Made by a program: the position numbers and the translations under genes. Source: Bdellovibrionota bacterium (GTDB lineage: Bacteria; Bdellovibrionota_C; UBA2361; OMIW01). Taken from it: a stretch of DNA of 61,353 nucleotides. Below, piece after piece: positions 28,435 to 38,031 of the stretch. A model generated the notes under the pieces. It was not told the DNA's origin. It did no database searches and was given only the letters and a program-made list of their open reading frames with translations. The stretch is from the NCBI GenBank assembly GCA_044345055.1, contig JBIJBT010000003.1, positions 1 through 61,353 of the forward strand, given 5' to 3'. The number at the start of each line of letters is the position of its first letter. Position 1 is the first letter of the stretch.

Positions 28435-29814
28435 GTGAAACAAGAATCTAGCAATCTTGATAAGCAGCTCTTTACTGCGTCTATTTCTTCGCCTAATCAA
28501 ACGATACTTCCCTCCTCAGCGCGGGTTGTCGATGGAGAGCTGTGGCTCGGAGATTTCTCAGTGAGAAGTTTAGTAGAGCAGTATGGATCACCTCTGTATC
28601 TTCTTGATGAAATGCATCTTCGATGGGGGTGTCAGAGCTTCGTTGATGCGATGCAGAGTGAATATCCAGCGCCATCTAGAGTACTTTTTGCGACTAAATC
28701 GCTTTGTACACGCGCAGTCTGCGCGATCGTTAGAGAGGAAGGGCTTGGACTTGATGTCGTCTCAGAGGGCGAGTTAGTTACAGCGCTAAACTCGGGCGCT
28801 CCGGGAGAGGATATTTATCTGCACGGAAATAATAAGTCGCGGAGTGAACTTACTCGAGCGATTCGTGCGGGTTGTACTATCATTCTTGATAATTGGTACG
28901 AGCTTTCGGTGATTCGTGAGATAGTTGCTGAATTTCCGGGTATTGTTGCTCGGGTTATGCCCCGCCTCTCACCGGAGGTAGAGAGCCATACTTACGATGA
29001 GGTTCGAACTGGACAGCTCGATAGTAAATTTGGCTTCTGTCTCTCCGATGCAGAGCGACTTTTTTCAGAGCTGGCGCAAGATAAATCCGTTGAGTTTGTG
29101 GGAATCCACGCGCACCTTGGGTCACAACTTCTCACTCTGGCACCATTTCGCGAGGGGGCGAGGGTGATGGTTGGGTGGTACGCGCGGGCGCGCGCAGCTT
29201 CGCCGAGTGTTCGCCAACTAAATATTGGTGGCGGACTTGGAGTCTCTTATGTTTCAGAGGATCATCCCCCCACGGTGGCTGAATATGCTCGGGTCGTTTC
29301 TGCAGAGGTTGTTGCGGCGTGTCAATCGGCGGGGGTTGAGCTTCCCGAGCTGCTGCTTGAGCCCGGCCGTGCCATAGCGGCCCCCGCGATGATGACGGCT
29401 TATACAGTGGGAAGTATCAAAGATATTCCCGATGTTCGTCGCTACGTCGCGGTAGATGGCGGTATGTCCGATAATCCACGGCCAGTAACTTATAAATCGC
29501 GACACTCCGTTTATCATGCGACCGCTGTTCTTGAAGTTAAAAGAGAGCTAATGACGATTGCGGGTCGCCACTGCGAATCGGGTGATATTTTGGTTAAAGA
29601 TGTGATGCTTCCCCCGATCTCGTCAGGCGATATTATCGTGATAGCGACAACAGGAGCTTACAATTACAGCCAGTCCTCGAATTATAACCGGACACCAAGA
29701 CCTGCGATGGTGCTCGTTGCGGAGAACCTCAGCGAAGTGATAGTTCGTCGTGAAGAGGTTGAAGATCTGCTCGCGAATGATGCAGTGCCGGAGCGTTTGA
29801 AGAGTGCGCGATAA
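28435..29814 (+). CDS. lysA: Diaminopimelate decarboxylase
   Basis: YGSPLY, ATK (PLP Lys), DVVSEGEL, HGNNKS, SKFG, HAHLGSQ, GGGLG, EPGR, HCESGD, GAY. Confidence 0.94.
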   Translation: MKQESSNLDKQLFTASISSPNQTILPSSARVVDGELWLGDFSVRSLVEQYGSPLYLLDEMHLRWGCQSFVDAMQSEYPAPSRVLFATKSLCTRAVCAIVREEGLGLDVVSEGELVTALNSGAPGEDIYLHGNNKSRSELTRAIRAGCTIILDNWYELSVIREIVAEFPGIVARVMPRLSPEVESHTYDEVRTGQLDSKFGFCLSDAERLFSELAQDKSVEFVGIHAHLGSQLLTLAPFREGARVMVGWYARARAASPSVRQLNIGGGLGVSYVSEDHPPTVAEYARVVSAEVVAACQSAGVELPELLLEPGRAIAAPAMMTAYTVGSIKDIPDVRRYVAVDGGMSDNPRPVTYKSRHSVYHATAVLEVKRELMTIAGRHCESGDILVKDVMLPPISSGDIIVIATTGAYNYSQSSNYNRTPRPAMVLVAENLSEVIVRREEVEDLLANDAVPERLKSAR

Positions 29815-29903
29815 TGGGCACTAAGTGAGAAGTCAGTCGATTAGTGGTCAGCGCTCTTGATCCCAGCTTAATTTTCGGGTAAAAGATTCTTCGTTGTGAT
29901 TGT

Positions 29904-29990
29904 GCCCAGGTGGTGGAATTGGTAGACACACCAGCTTGAGGGGCTGGCGGATGCAAGTCCATGGAGGTTCGAGTCCTCTCTTGGGCACCA
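29904..29990 (+). tRNA. tRNA-Leu(GAG)
   Basis: GCCCAGG...CTTGGGC-ACCA, GGTGGAATTGGTAGACAC D arm, CCAGC-TT-GAG-GG-GCTGG anticodon arm, long variable arm. CCA encoded. Confidence 0.96.
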
Positions 29991-30091
29991 CTCGCTTCTT
30001 ATTAGAGGAGAGGGGTGAGATAGATCAGCACAACGAAGAGGTTTTGAAAGAGGGGGTTAGAGGCACCAACATCTTTTCTTGTTGAGACCAT

Positions 30092-30853
30092 TTGCAAATC
30101 TTAAGCTTAGACACCGATATTTTTGTTTTTGAGCAAAAATTTTCGGATACCGATGTTCGAGGAGTTCTCATTCTTGGGCAGAGGCGCGCGGTAATTTTTG
30201 ATTCGCTCGTCGACCCAACCGCAACTGCCCAACTCCTTCCAATGATTGGGGCGCGGGAACTGTCGCTTGTTTATAGCCATGCCGATTGGGATCATGTCTG
30301 GGGGAGCTGTCTTCTCGGCGATATACCGATTATAGGCCATAAGATGTGTGGGGACCGATTTGCGGATCCACTAGATGTAGCATCTACTCTGAAATCTTAT
30401 CAATCATCATTTCCACATCTTCATACAATTCGCCTCTGTCCACCGACGAAGCTCTTTGAAGAAACAGTGGCTATAGACCTTGGCGGTATTACCTTAGAGT
30501 TGATTCACTGCCCTGGACATACTAGCGACAGCATCATCGCTTTGATTCCCGAACGAGGCATTCTTCTTGCAGCTGATTGCGTTGAAACACCTCTTCCACT
30601 GATTGATGAAAATTGTGCAGCGGTCCCTGAGTGGATCGAAGTATTAAGGCGCTATGAGTCAGATTCCTCTATTTCGACGGTGATCCCGAGTCACGGTGAT
30701 ATCGGCGGAAGAAGATTATTAAGCCAGACGCGGGAATATCTGGAGGCTGTTTTTCAGGGGGATTGTAAACTAAGCGGTGAGCTTGATCCTTTCTACGCAG
30801 AAGCTCATAAGAGCAATCTAAGAATTGTTGCCAAATATAATAGCGTTAGTTAG
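30092..30853 (+). CDS. MBL-fold metallo-hydrolase
   Basis: SHADWDHVWG, PGHTSDS, AADC, IPSHG. Confidence 0.88.
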   Translation: MQILSLDTDIFVFEQKFSDTDVRGVLILGQRRAVIFDSLVDPTATAQLLPMIGARELSLVYSHADWDHVWGSCLLGDIPIIGHKMCGDRFADPLDVASTLKSYQSSFPHLHTIRLCPPTKLFEETVAIDLGGITLELIHCPGHTSDSIIALIPERGILLAADCVETPLPLIDENCAAVPEWIEVLRRYESDSSISTVIPSHGDIGGRRLLSQTREYLEAVFQGDCKLSGELDPFYAEAHKSNLRIVAKYNSVS

Positions 30854-31001
30854 TTCTGAACCTTCGGAGATCTTTAACGCATCTCACTTCTATTCTTGTC
30901 CGCATCGAGAGGAACTAATTTTGTTGATTGGTTTGTTGAGGGTGTTTCTTGGGCAGAGATAGAGTCTTTTAAGTAGAAAGAGTTTGCGATTTTAGAAGAT
31001 T

Positions 31002-31832
31002 ATGGCGAAGAAGGGGAAACGCTCAGGAAAGAAGGTTGCGGGGCTGCTGATTGGGCTTGTGGGAGTTGTTCAGCTTGGTTTTTGGTATCTTGCGGGAGAG
31101 GAATCTGAGGTTGATGAACCTGCTTCTATGATTGATACGGCGGTGGCTGGGATTAAAGACCCTCGTAAGCGTTTGCAGCGTCGAGTGGTGATGTCCGTTG
31201 AACAGTTTCGGAAAAAGCAGGGAAGATTGCCGACTCGATTGGAGGAGCTGATACCCGAATGGTTTGATAAGATTCCTGTTGACCCGCAAAGCGGTAAACC
31301 GTTTTCGTATTTAATCAATGGCCAGCGATTTTCAGTTGGAGAGGTAGTAAAAGATAGCGGTAAGACCGGAGACGCAGATAAGTTGGAGTTTTCTGAAGCT
31401 CAAAAAGATGCGCTGCTCGCATCCCTCAATGAATCTGGCACGGATGGTGAATATCGGTACGATGCAACAGGACGTCGAGATCCATTCACACCGATCGATT
31501 TTTCGGTGAAGGTGTCGGTTGATACTACAGTCCCACCTCTTCAACGATTTACCCTCGGACAGCTTAAGCTCTCAGCGATTCTGCGAGGCGGTGGTGAACC
31601 CTCGGCGATGGTTGAAACGCAAGAGGGTATGGGATATCCCGTAAAACGGGGAACGAAAATCGGGCTCGATAATGGCGAAGTCGTGGAGATTCTGGAGAAT
31701 AAAATTGTCATTCGTGAGACGCAATCAGATTTCTCTGGGGCGGTTACTGAACGGCTGGTAGAGATGAGCTTGCGAGCTCAAGATGAGAAAGGTGGATTCT
31801 CGCGACCAACCGTTCGGTCAAAAGATGAGTAG
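31002..31832 (+). CDS. PilP-like protein with an N-terminal TM helix and a GspG-like segment
   Basis: C-terminal Y...GRRDPF.P...PLQRF.L.QLKL.AI...AMVE...G.GY.VK.G..IG...G.V..I matches PilP. N-terminal GRLP..LEEL.P.....IP.DP..G.PF.Y resembles pseudopilin GspG. Confidence 0.7.
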   Translation: MAKKGKRSGKKVAGLLIGLVGVVQLGFWYLAGEESEVDEPASMIDTAVAGIKDPRKRLQRRVVMSVEQFRKKQGRLPTRLEELIPEWFDKIPVDPQSGKPFSYLINGQRFSVGEVVKDSGKTGDADKLEFSEAQKDALLASLNESGTDGEYRYDATGRRDPFTPIDFSVKVSVDTTVPPLQRFTLGQLKLSAILRGGGEPSAMVETQEGMGYPVKRGTKIGLDNGEVVEILENKIVIRETQSDFSGAVTERLVEMSLRAQDEKGGFSRPTVRSKDE

Positions 31833-31892
31833 AAGAGAAGAAGGCTAATAGAGAACTAAGGCTAATAAAGCGGTCGGGATTGCAAGAATATC

Positions 31893-32798
31893 CTAAAGAA
31901 TACTCTTCCCCATAGCTGATTCGATAAGGCCGATCGCAAATTCTGCAGTTGTACCCTGATGATCAGAATCGGGATTATACTCAACGAGCTCTACCGACAA
32001 GAGATTAGGGGTTTGGGCAGCGAACTCCATGATGAGATGAGACTCGCGGTAGGTGAGGCCTCCTCGGACGGGGGTGCCTACACCCGGAGCGACAACAGGA
32101 TCGCAGACATCGAGATCGAATGAGACCACAAACCCGCCAAATGAGCTAAGGCGGGCGAATACCTTTTCACAAATGGGCCCGATGCCGTGCCGATCTATAT
32201 CGTGCATAGTGTAGGCGGTAATGCCGAGCTCTTTGATTGTCTCTACCTCGGGAGGATCTATCGACCGCAATCCGAGATAAATAATCTGCTCGGGTTTGAG
32301 CTTAGGAGAAAATCCGCACAGAGAGGTGAGGGCTGGTTCCCCTTTCCCGAGAAGATGTGCCACTGACATGCCGTGAATATTGCCAGAGGGGGTAGTTTCA
32401 GGAGTGTTTATATCGGGGTGGGCGTCGACCCACAAAAGAGCTACATCTCCGAGAGCGTTTTGCCGGGCGTGTTCAACGGCTGCCGAAACCGTTGCAATCG
32501 ATATTGAGTGGTCGCCTCCGATGACGATTGGTGTCCGTCCATCGCGATAGAGGGCTCGCATCGCGTTGATGAGTTGGTCGGAGTAGACGATAACTTCAGG
32601 AAGATGCTTTTTTTTCGGATCGATCGGTTCAACCGCTACTGGCTCAGGTAGAGATGCGCTTTCGACGATATCGAACCCGAGCTCCTGAGTACGCGACAAT
32701 AACCCGGCATCGCTGAGAGCTGATGGTCCACGCACGGCTCCTCTGCGACGAGAGGCGAGGCCAAAACATGCGTTAATAAGGCCGTAACGTTTATTCAT
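31893..32798 (-). CDS. rocF: Arginase
   Basis: GGDHS, WVDAHPDINTP, SGNIHGM, SFDLDVCDP..APGVGTPVRGG, VEYNP. Confidence 0.93.
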   Translation of the reverse strand: MNKRYGLINACFGLASRRRGAVRGPSALSDAGLLSRTQELGFDIVESASLPEPVAVEPIDPKKKHLPEVIVYSDQLINAMRALYRDGRTPIVIGGDHSISIATVSAAVEHARQNALGDVALLWVDAHPDINTPETTPSGNIHGMSVAHLLGKGEPALTSLCGFSPKLKPEQIIYLGLRSIDPPEVETIKELGITAYTMHDIDRHGIGPICEKVFARLSSFGGFVVSFDLDVCDPVVAPGVGTPVRGGLTYRESHLIMEFAAQTPNLLSVELVEYNPDSDHQGTTAEFAIGLIESAMGKSIL

Positions 32799-32827
32799 GG
32801 CGATTAGGCTCAGCGTTTTCGGTTACC

Positions 32828-34504
32828 CTATTCGTCTGTTACACACCCTTCGCTCGCGCTCTTCACATTCTTTATATATTTGTACAACGTTCCCCGCGAT
32901 GCTTTGAGGGGAGGCGCTTGCCACTTAGCGCGACGGTCGGCAAATTCGTCCTCAGATAATTCAGCGGTGATAGTGTTGCCGATGGCATCAATAGTCACTA
33001 TGTCGCCATTTTTCACCAACGCGATTGGGCCGCCCTCTTGCGCTTCGGGAGCGATGTGTCCCACGATAAATCCGTGGGAGCCGCCCGAAAAGCGTCCATC
33101 AGTCAGAAGAGCGACAGAGTCGCCAAGTCCAGCGCCGATAATTGCCGAGGTGGGGGTGAGCATTTCTGGCATTCCGGGTCCACCTTTGGGGCCTTCATAC
33201 CGTATAATCACGACATCTCCCGCAGAGATTCCACCCTGCTCCAGGCTTCCGAGCATCTCTTCCTCAGAGTCATAAACGCGGGCAGGACCAGAGAAGTGGT
33301 TTCCTTCTTTGCCCGTTATCTTTGCTACGGCGCCTTCCGGAGCGAGATTGCCGGTGAGGATCCGGATGTGGCCGGTTGATTTGAGCGGATTTGAAAGGGG
33401 ACGGATTATCTGTTGCCCCTCAGCGAGATCTGGAAGTTCCGCAAGGTTTTCACCGATGGTTTTCCCGGTAACTGTTAGACAATCGGGGTGAATTAGACCC
33501 TCTGAAAGAAGTAGTTTCATAACGGCTGGAACACCACCAACCGCGTGGAGATCTTCCATAACGTAGGAACCGCTCGGTTTAAGATCCGCAAGATACGGTA
33601 CCGAGTTGCTCAATCGCTGAAAGTCTCCGAGTGCCAATTCAACATTAACTGCTCGAGCCATCGCGATAAGGTGAAGGACTGCGTTGGTTGATCCACCTAA
33701 TGCGAGGATAACTGTGATAGCGTTCTCAAACGCCTGTCGCGTCATGATATCGCGAGGTTTTATGTCACGCTCAAGGAGTAGCTTGACCGTGTGGCCTGCC
33801 TGAATACACTCGGCGCGCTTTGCTGGGTCATTTGCGGGAATCGACGCAGAGTAGGGTAATGCCATCCCCATCGCTTCGATCGCGCTAGCCATTGTGTTGG
33901 CGGTATACATTCCTCCGCACGCGCCTGGTCCCGGGCAGGAGCTGCGTAATATGTCCTGTCGCTCCTCTTCGGAGATTCGTCCCCCGATAAACTCTCCGAA
34001 GCTCTGAAACGCCGAAACCACGTCGAGTTTTTTGCCGCGAGCAGAACAGCCAGCGCGGATGGTGCCCCCGTACACCATTAGGGCAGGCCGATTTAGCCGT
34101 CCCATCGCGATAAGACAGCCGGGCATATTTTTGTCGCAACCCGGAATTGCGATGAGCCCGTCATACCACTGAGCCCCCATAACCGTTTCGATCGAATCAG
34201 CGATAAGATCTCGGGATTGCAGCGAATAGCTCATCCCGTCGGTACCCATCGAGATCCCGTCGCTTACTCCGATGGTGTTGAAGCGGAATCCGATGAGCCC
34301 CTCCTGCTGAACTCCCTCTTTCACGGCCGCGCCGAGATCTAGGAGGTGCATATTGCACGGATTCCCCTCAAACCAGACGCTACAGATCCCGACCTGGGCT
34401 TTCGACAGATCCTCAGGGCGAAGCCCTGTTGCATGAAGCATCGCCTGTGAAGCTCCCTGCGATTTTGGTTCGGTTATGCGACGGCTGTAACGATTGAGGG
34501 GCAT
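32828..34504 (-). CDS. ilvD: Dihydroxy-acid dehydratase
   Basis: [64 protein letters not shown]. Confidence 0.97.
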   Translation of the reverse strand: MPLNRYSRRITEPKSQGASQAMLHATGLRPEDLSKAQVGICSVWFEGNPCNMHLLDLGAAVKEGVQQEGLIGFRFNTIGVSDGISMGTDGMSYSLQSRDLIADSIETVMGAQWYDGLIAIPGCDKNMPGCLIAMGRLNRPALMVYGGTIRAGCSARGKKLDVVSAFQSFGEFIGGRISEEERQDILRSSCPGPGACGGMYTANTMASAIEAMGMALPYSASIPANDPAKRAECIQAGHTVKLLLERDIKPRDIMTRQAFENAITVILALGGSTNAVLHLIAMARAVNVELALGDFQRLSNSVPYLADLKPSGSYVMEDLHAVGGVPAVMKLLLSEGLIHPDCLTVTGKTIGENLAELPDLAEGQQIIRPLSNPLKSTGHIRILTGNLAPEGAVAKITGKEGNHFSGPARVYDSEEEMLGSLEQGGISAGDVVIIRYEGPKGGPGMPEMLTPTSAIIGAGLGDSVALLTDGRFSGGSHGFIVGHIAPEAQEGGPIALVKNGDIVTIDAIGNTITAELSEDEFADRRAKWQAPPLKASRGTLYKYIKNVKSASEGCVTDE

Positions 34505-34548
34505 GAGATTCAGCTCTTAAAACGTACAATTTGGGGGCCGATTTTGCT

Positions 34549-35211
34549 CTAATTTGCCTGATGCTCAATCGGGTTTTCAGGTGCAAGGACGAGGAGATTG
34601 TCGCGCCGATCGAGTCGTACCGACAGATCGTCGGAGTAGCGAGAAAATCCGTATCTAACAGCGCCTCCGTTGTCACGCAAAAGGTCGCGACACGCCTTAT
34701 CTTTACCGCCGAACCAGAGGTGTTGATACTTCTCGAGCAACGAGGTGTCATCGAGCAGTTCACGATCGATCATCGCGAGGCAACGGGTATTTATATATAA
34801 AGTTCCGGCTGCTTCTCCATCCTCAATTGAGGCCTCAGCTCCCTGAATATGCTCGGGATGTATCACGATTGAGTAGCGGTACGGATCGCGATCGATCCGG
34901 TATGTCCCGGGCGCAACATCGACAATCAATCCTCCGAATCGCTGGATAAGGCTAACTTTTTTAGCTAATGGCTCATCAACAATCTCGGCATAGGCAGCGA
35001 CAAATTCGGGATTTGCAAGCATGAACTGGTCTATCATGACCAAGCTGCCGCTCTCTACAGCGATTCGTTCTCGCTGATTGCCCGTATCAAATCCGGGCCG
35101 TCGTCGGAATCCGCGGTTACCTCGGTTGTGATCGGGTCTACCCCCTTCCTGCCGATATCCTTGACCCGAGTGACCGCGAGGTCCTCTTCTTCGGTTAAAT
35201 CTCTTTTCCAT
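34549..35211 (-). CDS. Hypothetical protein with an Arg/Gly-rich disordered N-terminus
   Basis: ATG 35211 follows GGAG (the ORF track starts at 35256). MEKRFNRRRGPRG...RGNRGFRRR precedes a globular domain. Confidence 0.7.
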   Translation of the reverse strand: MEKRFNRRRGPRGHSGQGYRQEGGRPDHNRGNRGFRRRPGFDTGNQRERIAVESGSLVMIDQFMLANPEFVAAYAEIVDEPLAKKVSLIQRFGGLIVDVAPGTYRIDRDPYRYSIVIHPEHIQGAEASIEDGEAAGTLYINTRCLAMIDRELLDDTSLLEKYQHLWFGGKDKACRDLLRDNGGAVRYGFSRYSDDLSVRLDRRDNLLVLAPENPIEHQAN

Positions 35212-35792
35212 AAAACTCCAAATCAGAAATGAGCTGAAAAAATTGAGCTCTTTCAATGCTACCTGAGCGTGGAGGGATTTGTTCGCTTCGCTGGTAATTT
35301 ATACAGACCCGGAACTCAAATAACCTCCCACACCTCCTCGGCGCTCGCTGCTATTAAATCGGCGATTTCGAGACCTTACCGGCCTGATGCTGGGCAACTG
35401 CCCAAAAAACACCGAACATGACTGATGATTACACGGTAAATCGACCGGTCCGTCAACCGCCTGAGCGCAGAATAGAATGAGATGGCGGAGCATGGTTTTT
35501 GAAAAAAGTCGCTGTTGGGTTCAGGTGCTCCTCAAGCTCAGAAACGATGTAACCGATACAATGGTTGAATCGATTGTGAGTAGCTCAGAGAGAAAAGAGG
35601 GTGGAGCCCTCTATTATATCAATACTTAATGGGCTAGGGGCTCGCAGGGATGGGATGAGGTAACTATTCAAGGAGGAATAGGGCTTTCGACGGTGGTGAC
35701 TGCTGGGACGCTTTTTGGGGATTTGTTGACGGGCGTGAGTGCAGCGGACTGTTGGGGTTTATTTTGGTGGTTGTACAAATAGGGCGGGTTTC

Positions 35793-36320
35793 ATGCAGAA
35801 GTCAGAGCTTGAAGCGCCGGTGGTCGCTCTTATGGCGGGCGTTGAGTTCCGGGGGGAGGTCTTTTTCGACCCGGACATCATCATGCTTGAGGGTCGATAT
35901 TCGGACGAACTGAGTGCGCACAGAGCGCGTCGGAGTTGGGTGAAGATTTTTGAGGCGAGTTTTTTACTTGAGCTAGAGCACGATTTTTTACTTACCGTCA
36001 GTTCGATGACGGATGAGGACGGTTTTGCACTGCGGTGCTCTTTTGTGTCGGCGTGCGGACGATATGCTTTTTGGCGCCTTACCCATGGTCAGGCTCAGGA
36101 TGCGCAGTATCTAATCGAGACGGCGCATGTTCCGAGCTCTTTTCATAACTCGGCGATGCTAGCGGGGGCACCTGACCTGCGTATAGTGCAGAGCCGGAGT
36201 GTCGTTGGTATTGAAAGTTCGGGGAGCTCGGAGTCGGCTCTGAAGCATGGGAGTATGCTACGGTGGATTTCGCGACCACGTCTTGCGCTGAAACGGTTTT
36301 TACGGCAGCTTTCGGGCTGA
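35793..36320 (+). CDS. Hypothetical protein
   Basis: Long ORF co-oriented with the cas4-like pair; ATG 35793 chosen over GTG 35739. Confidence 0.6.
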   Translation: MQKSELEAPVVALMAGVEFRGEVFFDPDIIMLEGRYSDELSAHRARRSWVKIFEASFLLELEHDFLLTVSSMTDEDGFALRCSFVSACGRYAFWRLTHGQAQDAQYLIETAHVPSSFHNSAMLAGAPDLRIVQSRSVVGIESSGSSESALKHGSMLRWISRPRLALKRFLRQLSG

Positions 36321-36373
36321 CCCGAGATTGAGTTCGGCGATAGAGCGAGAGGGAGCGATCTAACAGGACCGAT

Positions 36374-36694
36374 ATGGGAGCTCTCGGAAAAAAGGTGAAC
36401 GTGGACCGTATTTCTAGCGAACAAGAGACTATAGTAAAGGATAGGCGGCCTGCTGGGGGGTTAATTTCAGCCGGTGAAGTGGGGCAATTCGTTTTTTGCC
36501 CGGAAGCGTGGCATCTAAGGCGGATGATGGGACAAATCGGGGAGAAGTCTGAAAAGTCGGAATTTGGAAAAGTTGAGCACGACGATTGGGGTGGAGTAGT
36601 AGACCGGCTTGAGGCGGTTAGATTTGGACTCCGGGTGTTGTTCGGGCTGTGCGTTGCTGCGTGCGTTATACTTGAGTGGGGGATCGGTCGGTGA
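36374..36694 (+). CDS. Small membrane protein carrying the N-terminal Cas4-type motif
   Basis: ISAGEVGQFVFCPEAWHL resembles the Cas4 N-terminal Cys motif; G...H..W; C-terminal TM helix. Confidence 0.65.
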   Translation: MGALGKKVNVDRISSEQETIVKDRRPAGGLISAGEVGQFVFCPEAWHLRRMMGQIGEKSEKSEFGKVEHDDWGGVVDRLEAVRFGLRVLFGLCVAACVILEWGIGR

Positions 36695-37284
36695 GCTGGT
36701 TGTACGAACATGGAGGTCGCCGATTTATTGAGACCATTCGAGAGGCTGCCGGCGTCGATAGTCAGGTGACAGTCCTTCTTATCCTGTTTATCTGTTTTGC
36801 GGTTCTTGCTGATTCCCTGCTTGGATTTATGAAGTGGGCGCGAAGGCGAACGGGTTTAACGCGAGGTATGAAAGTTAGGGGGGTCGAGGGAGGTAGCTTC
36901 GTTGCGGGCAGAGAATATATGTCCGAGCGCCTTGGCCTGGTGGGCCGGCCTGACGCGGTAGTCGAGGAAAACGGTTATTTTGTACCGATCGAAAGGAAGG
37001 CTTTTGGCAAACGGCCGCGCGATAAGGATGTAGCGCAACTTCTGGTGTATTGCCGCCTTATCGAGGAAGAGTCCGGAGTGCGGCCCCCCCACGGTTATCT
37101 GATAATCGGCCCGCAAGCCAAGCGATTCAAAGTGATAAACAGCGCAGAAAAGCAGCTTTGGATCGACACAATTCTCGAACAGATGCGCTCAGTCCTTGTT
37201 GGGGGCTCATGTGTTGCTACGCCACAAAGGAAAAAATGTGAAGCCTGCGCGGTTCGGGTTAGTTGCGCGCAGCGAATTTGTTAG
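36691..37284 (+). CDS. Cas4-like PD-(D/E)xK nuclease with an N-terminal TM helix, no CRISPR context
   Basis: LVGRPDAV, PIERK, AQLLVYC.LIEE..G, C-terminal KCEAC.....C. GTG 36691 overlaps the upstream TGA (GTGA). Confidence 0.8.
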   Translation: MSWLYEHGGRRFIETIREAAGVDSQVTVLLILFICFAVLADSLLGFMKWARRRTGLTRGMKVRGVEGGSFVAGREYMSERLGLVGRPDAVVEENGYFVPIERKAFGKRPRDKDVAQLLVYCRLIEEESGVRPPHGYLIIGPQAKRFKVINSAEKQLWIDTILEQMRSVLVGGSCVATPQRKKCEACAVRVSCAQRIC

Positions 37285-37323
37285 GCAACCACGTTTAGAG
37301 GCTGAGAAATTTCGCTGACATCT

Positions 37324-37992
37324 TTAAGCTTGGATAGGAAGCTCGACCCGGAGTTGAGGCGGCCGGCGGGATATTAAATCAACCACTGCGGAGGTCTGGC
37401 GGATAAGGGCTGGACCAACCGGACCGAAATTTTGTGAGATCGTGAACTGATCTTCGTGAGATTCGATAGAGTCCCCATTTGTGCTCTCTTCGCTGTGAGG
37501 AGAAGCCTCGATCCCGACTGTAAGTATAACAGCAGATCCATCACTTATTCCCGATACAGTAAGCTCGGCGTCGGGACAATCGCCATTCAGGAGAGCAAGC
37601 TGTCCTACTAATTCGTTCAAAAGAAGCGCCCAAGCAGTAATCTGCTGCATCGGTATCGGTTCATCTGGCATTGCTAGATCCATCTTAGGGAGAGTGATTC
37701 CCCCGAAGTGGGCTGTTTTAATTCGCACCAGTGCTCGGTTGAGAAAGGAGGTGAGCGGTAAGAGCTCGCCAGGTTCTGATGGGGAGGGTGGGATCATGAG
37801 ATCGTAAGCATCTGAAAAGATCATCACGGCTGCCCTCATGCGAGCGAGTGCCGATGCGCCAGCTCGATCCTCGATATTGCGGCTGTGCAGAGAGCATAAG
37901 CTGTGCAGCACCTGCATACTATTTTTTACCGCGTGAAGGAGTGAACCGGTTGCCGTTGAGCGGGGTGGCGAGGGTGGTTGATCAGCGCACAT
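37324..37992 (-). CDS. Degenerate HisKA_2-type histidine-kinase-like protein
   Basis: LLHAVKNSMQVLHSL.SL resembles the HisKA_2 H box (HRVKNNLQ); ALLLNELV resembles the N box; G boxes not recognisable. Confidence 0.5.
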   Translation of the reverse strand: MCADQPPSPPRSTATGSLLHAVKNSMQVLHSLCSLHSRNIEDRAGASALARMRAAVMIFSDAYDLMIPPSPSEPGELLPLTSFLNRALVRIKTAHFGGITLPKMDLAMPDEPIPMQQITAWALLLNELVGQLALLNGDCPDAELTVSGISDGSAVILTVGIEASPHSEESTNGDSIESHEDQFTISQNFGPVGPALIRQTSAVVDLISRRPPQLRVELPIQA

Positions 37993-38031
37993 GCAGAGAA
38001 AAATGAGAGGTCCGGTTAAATTCGAGCAATC

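Noticed and set aside
29729-30085. Short ORFs 29729-29962 and 29900-30085
   Set aside because: Both overlap tRNA-Leu; spurious.
36374-37284. CRISPR-Cas locus suggested by the Cas4-like gene
   Set aside because: No cas1, cas2, effector genes or repeat-spacer array were seen in the window.
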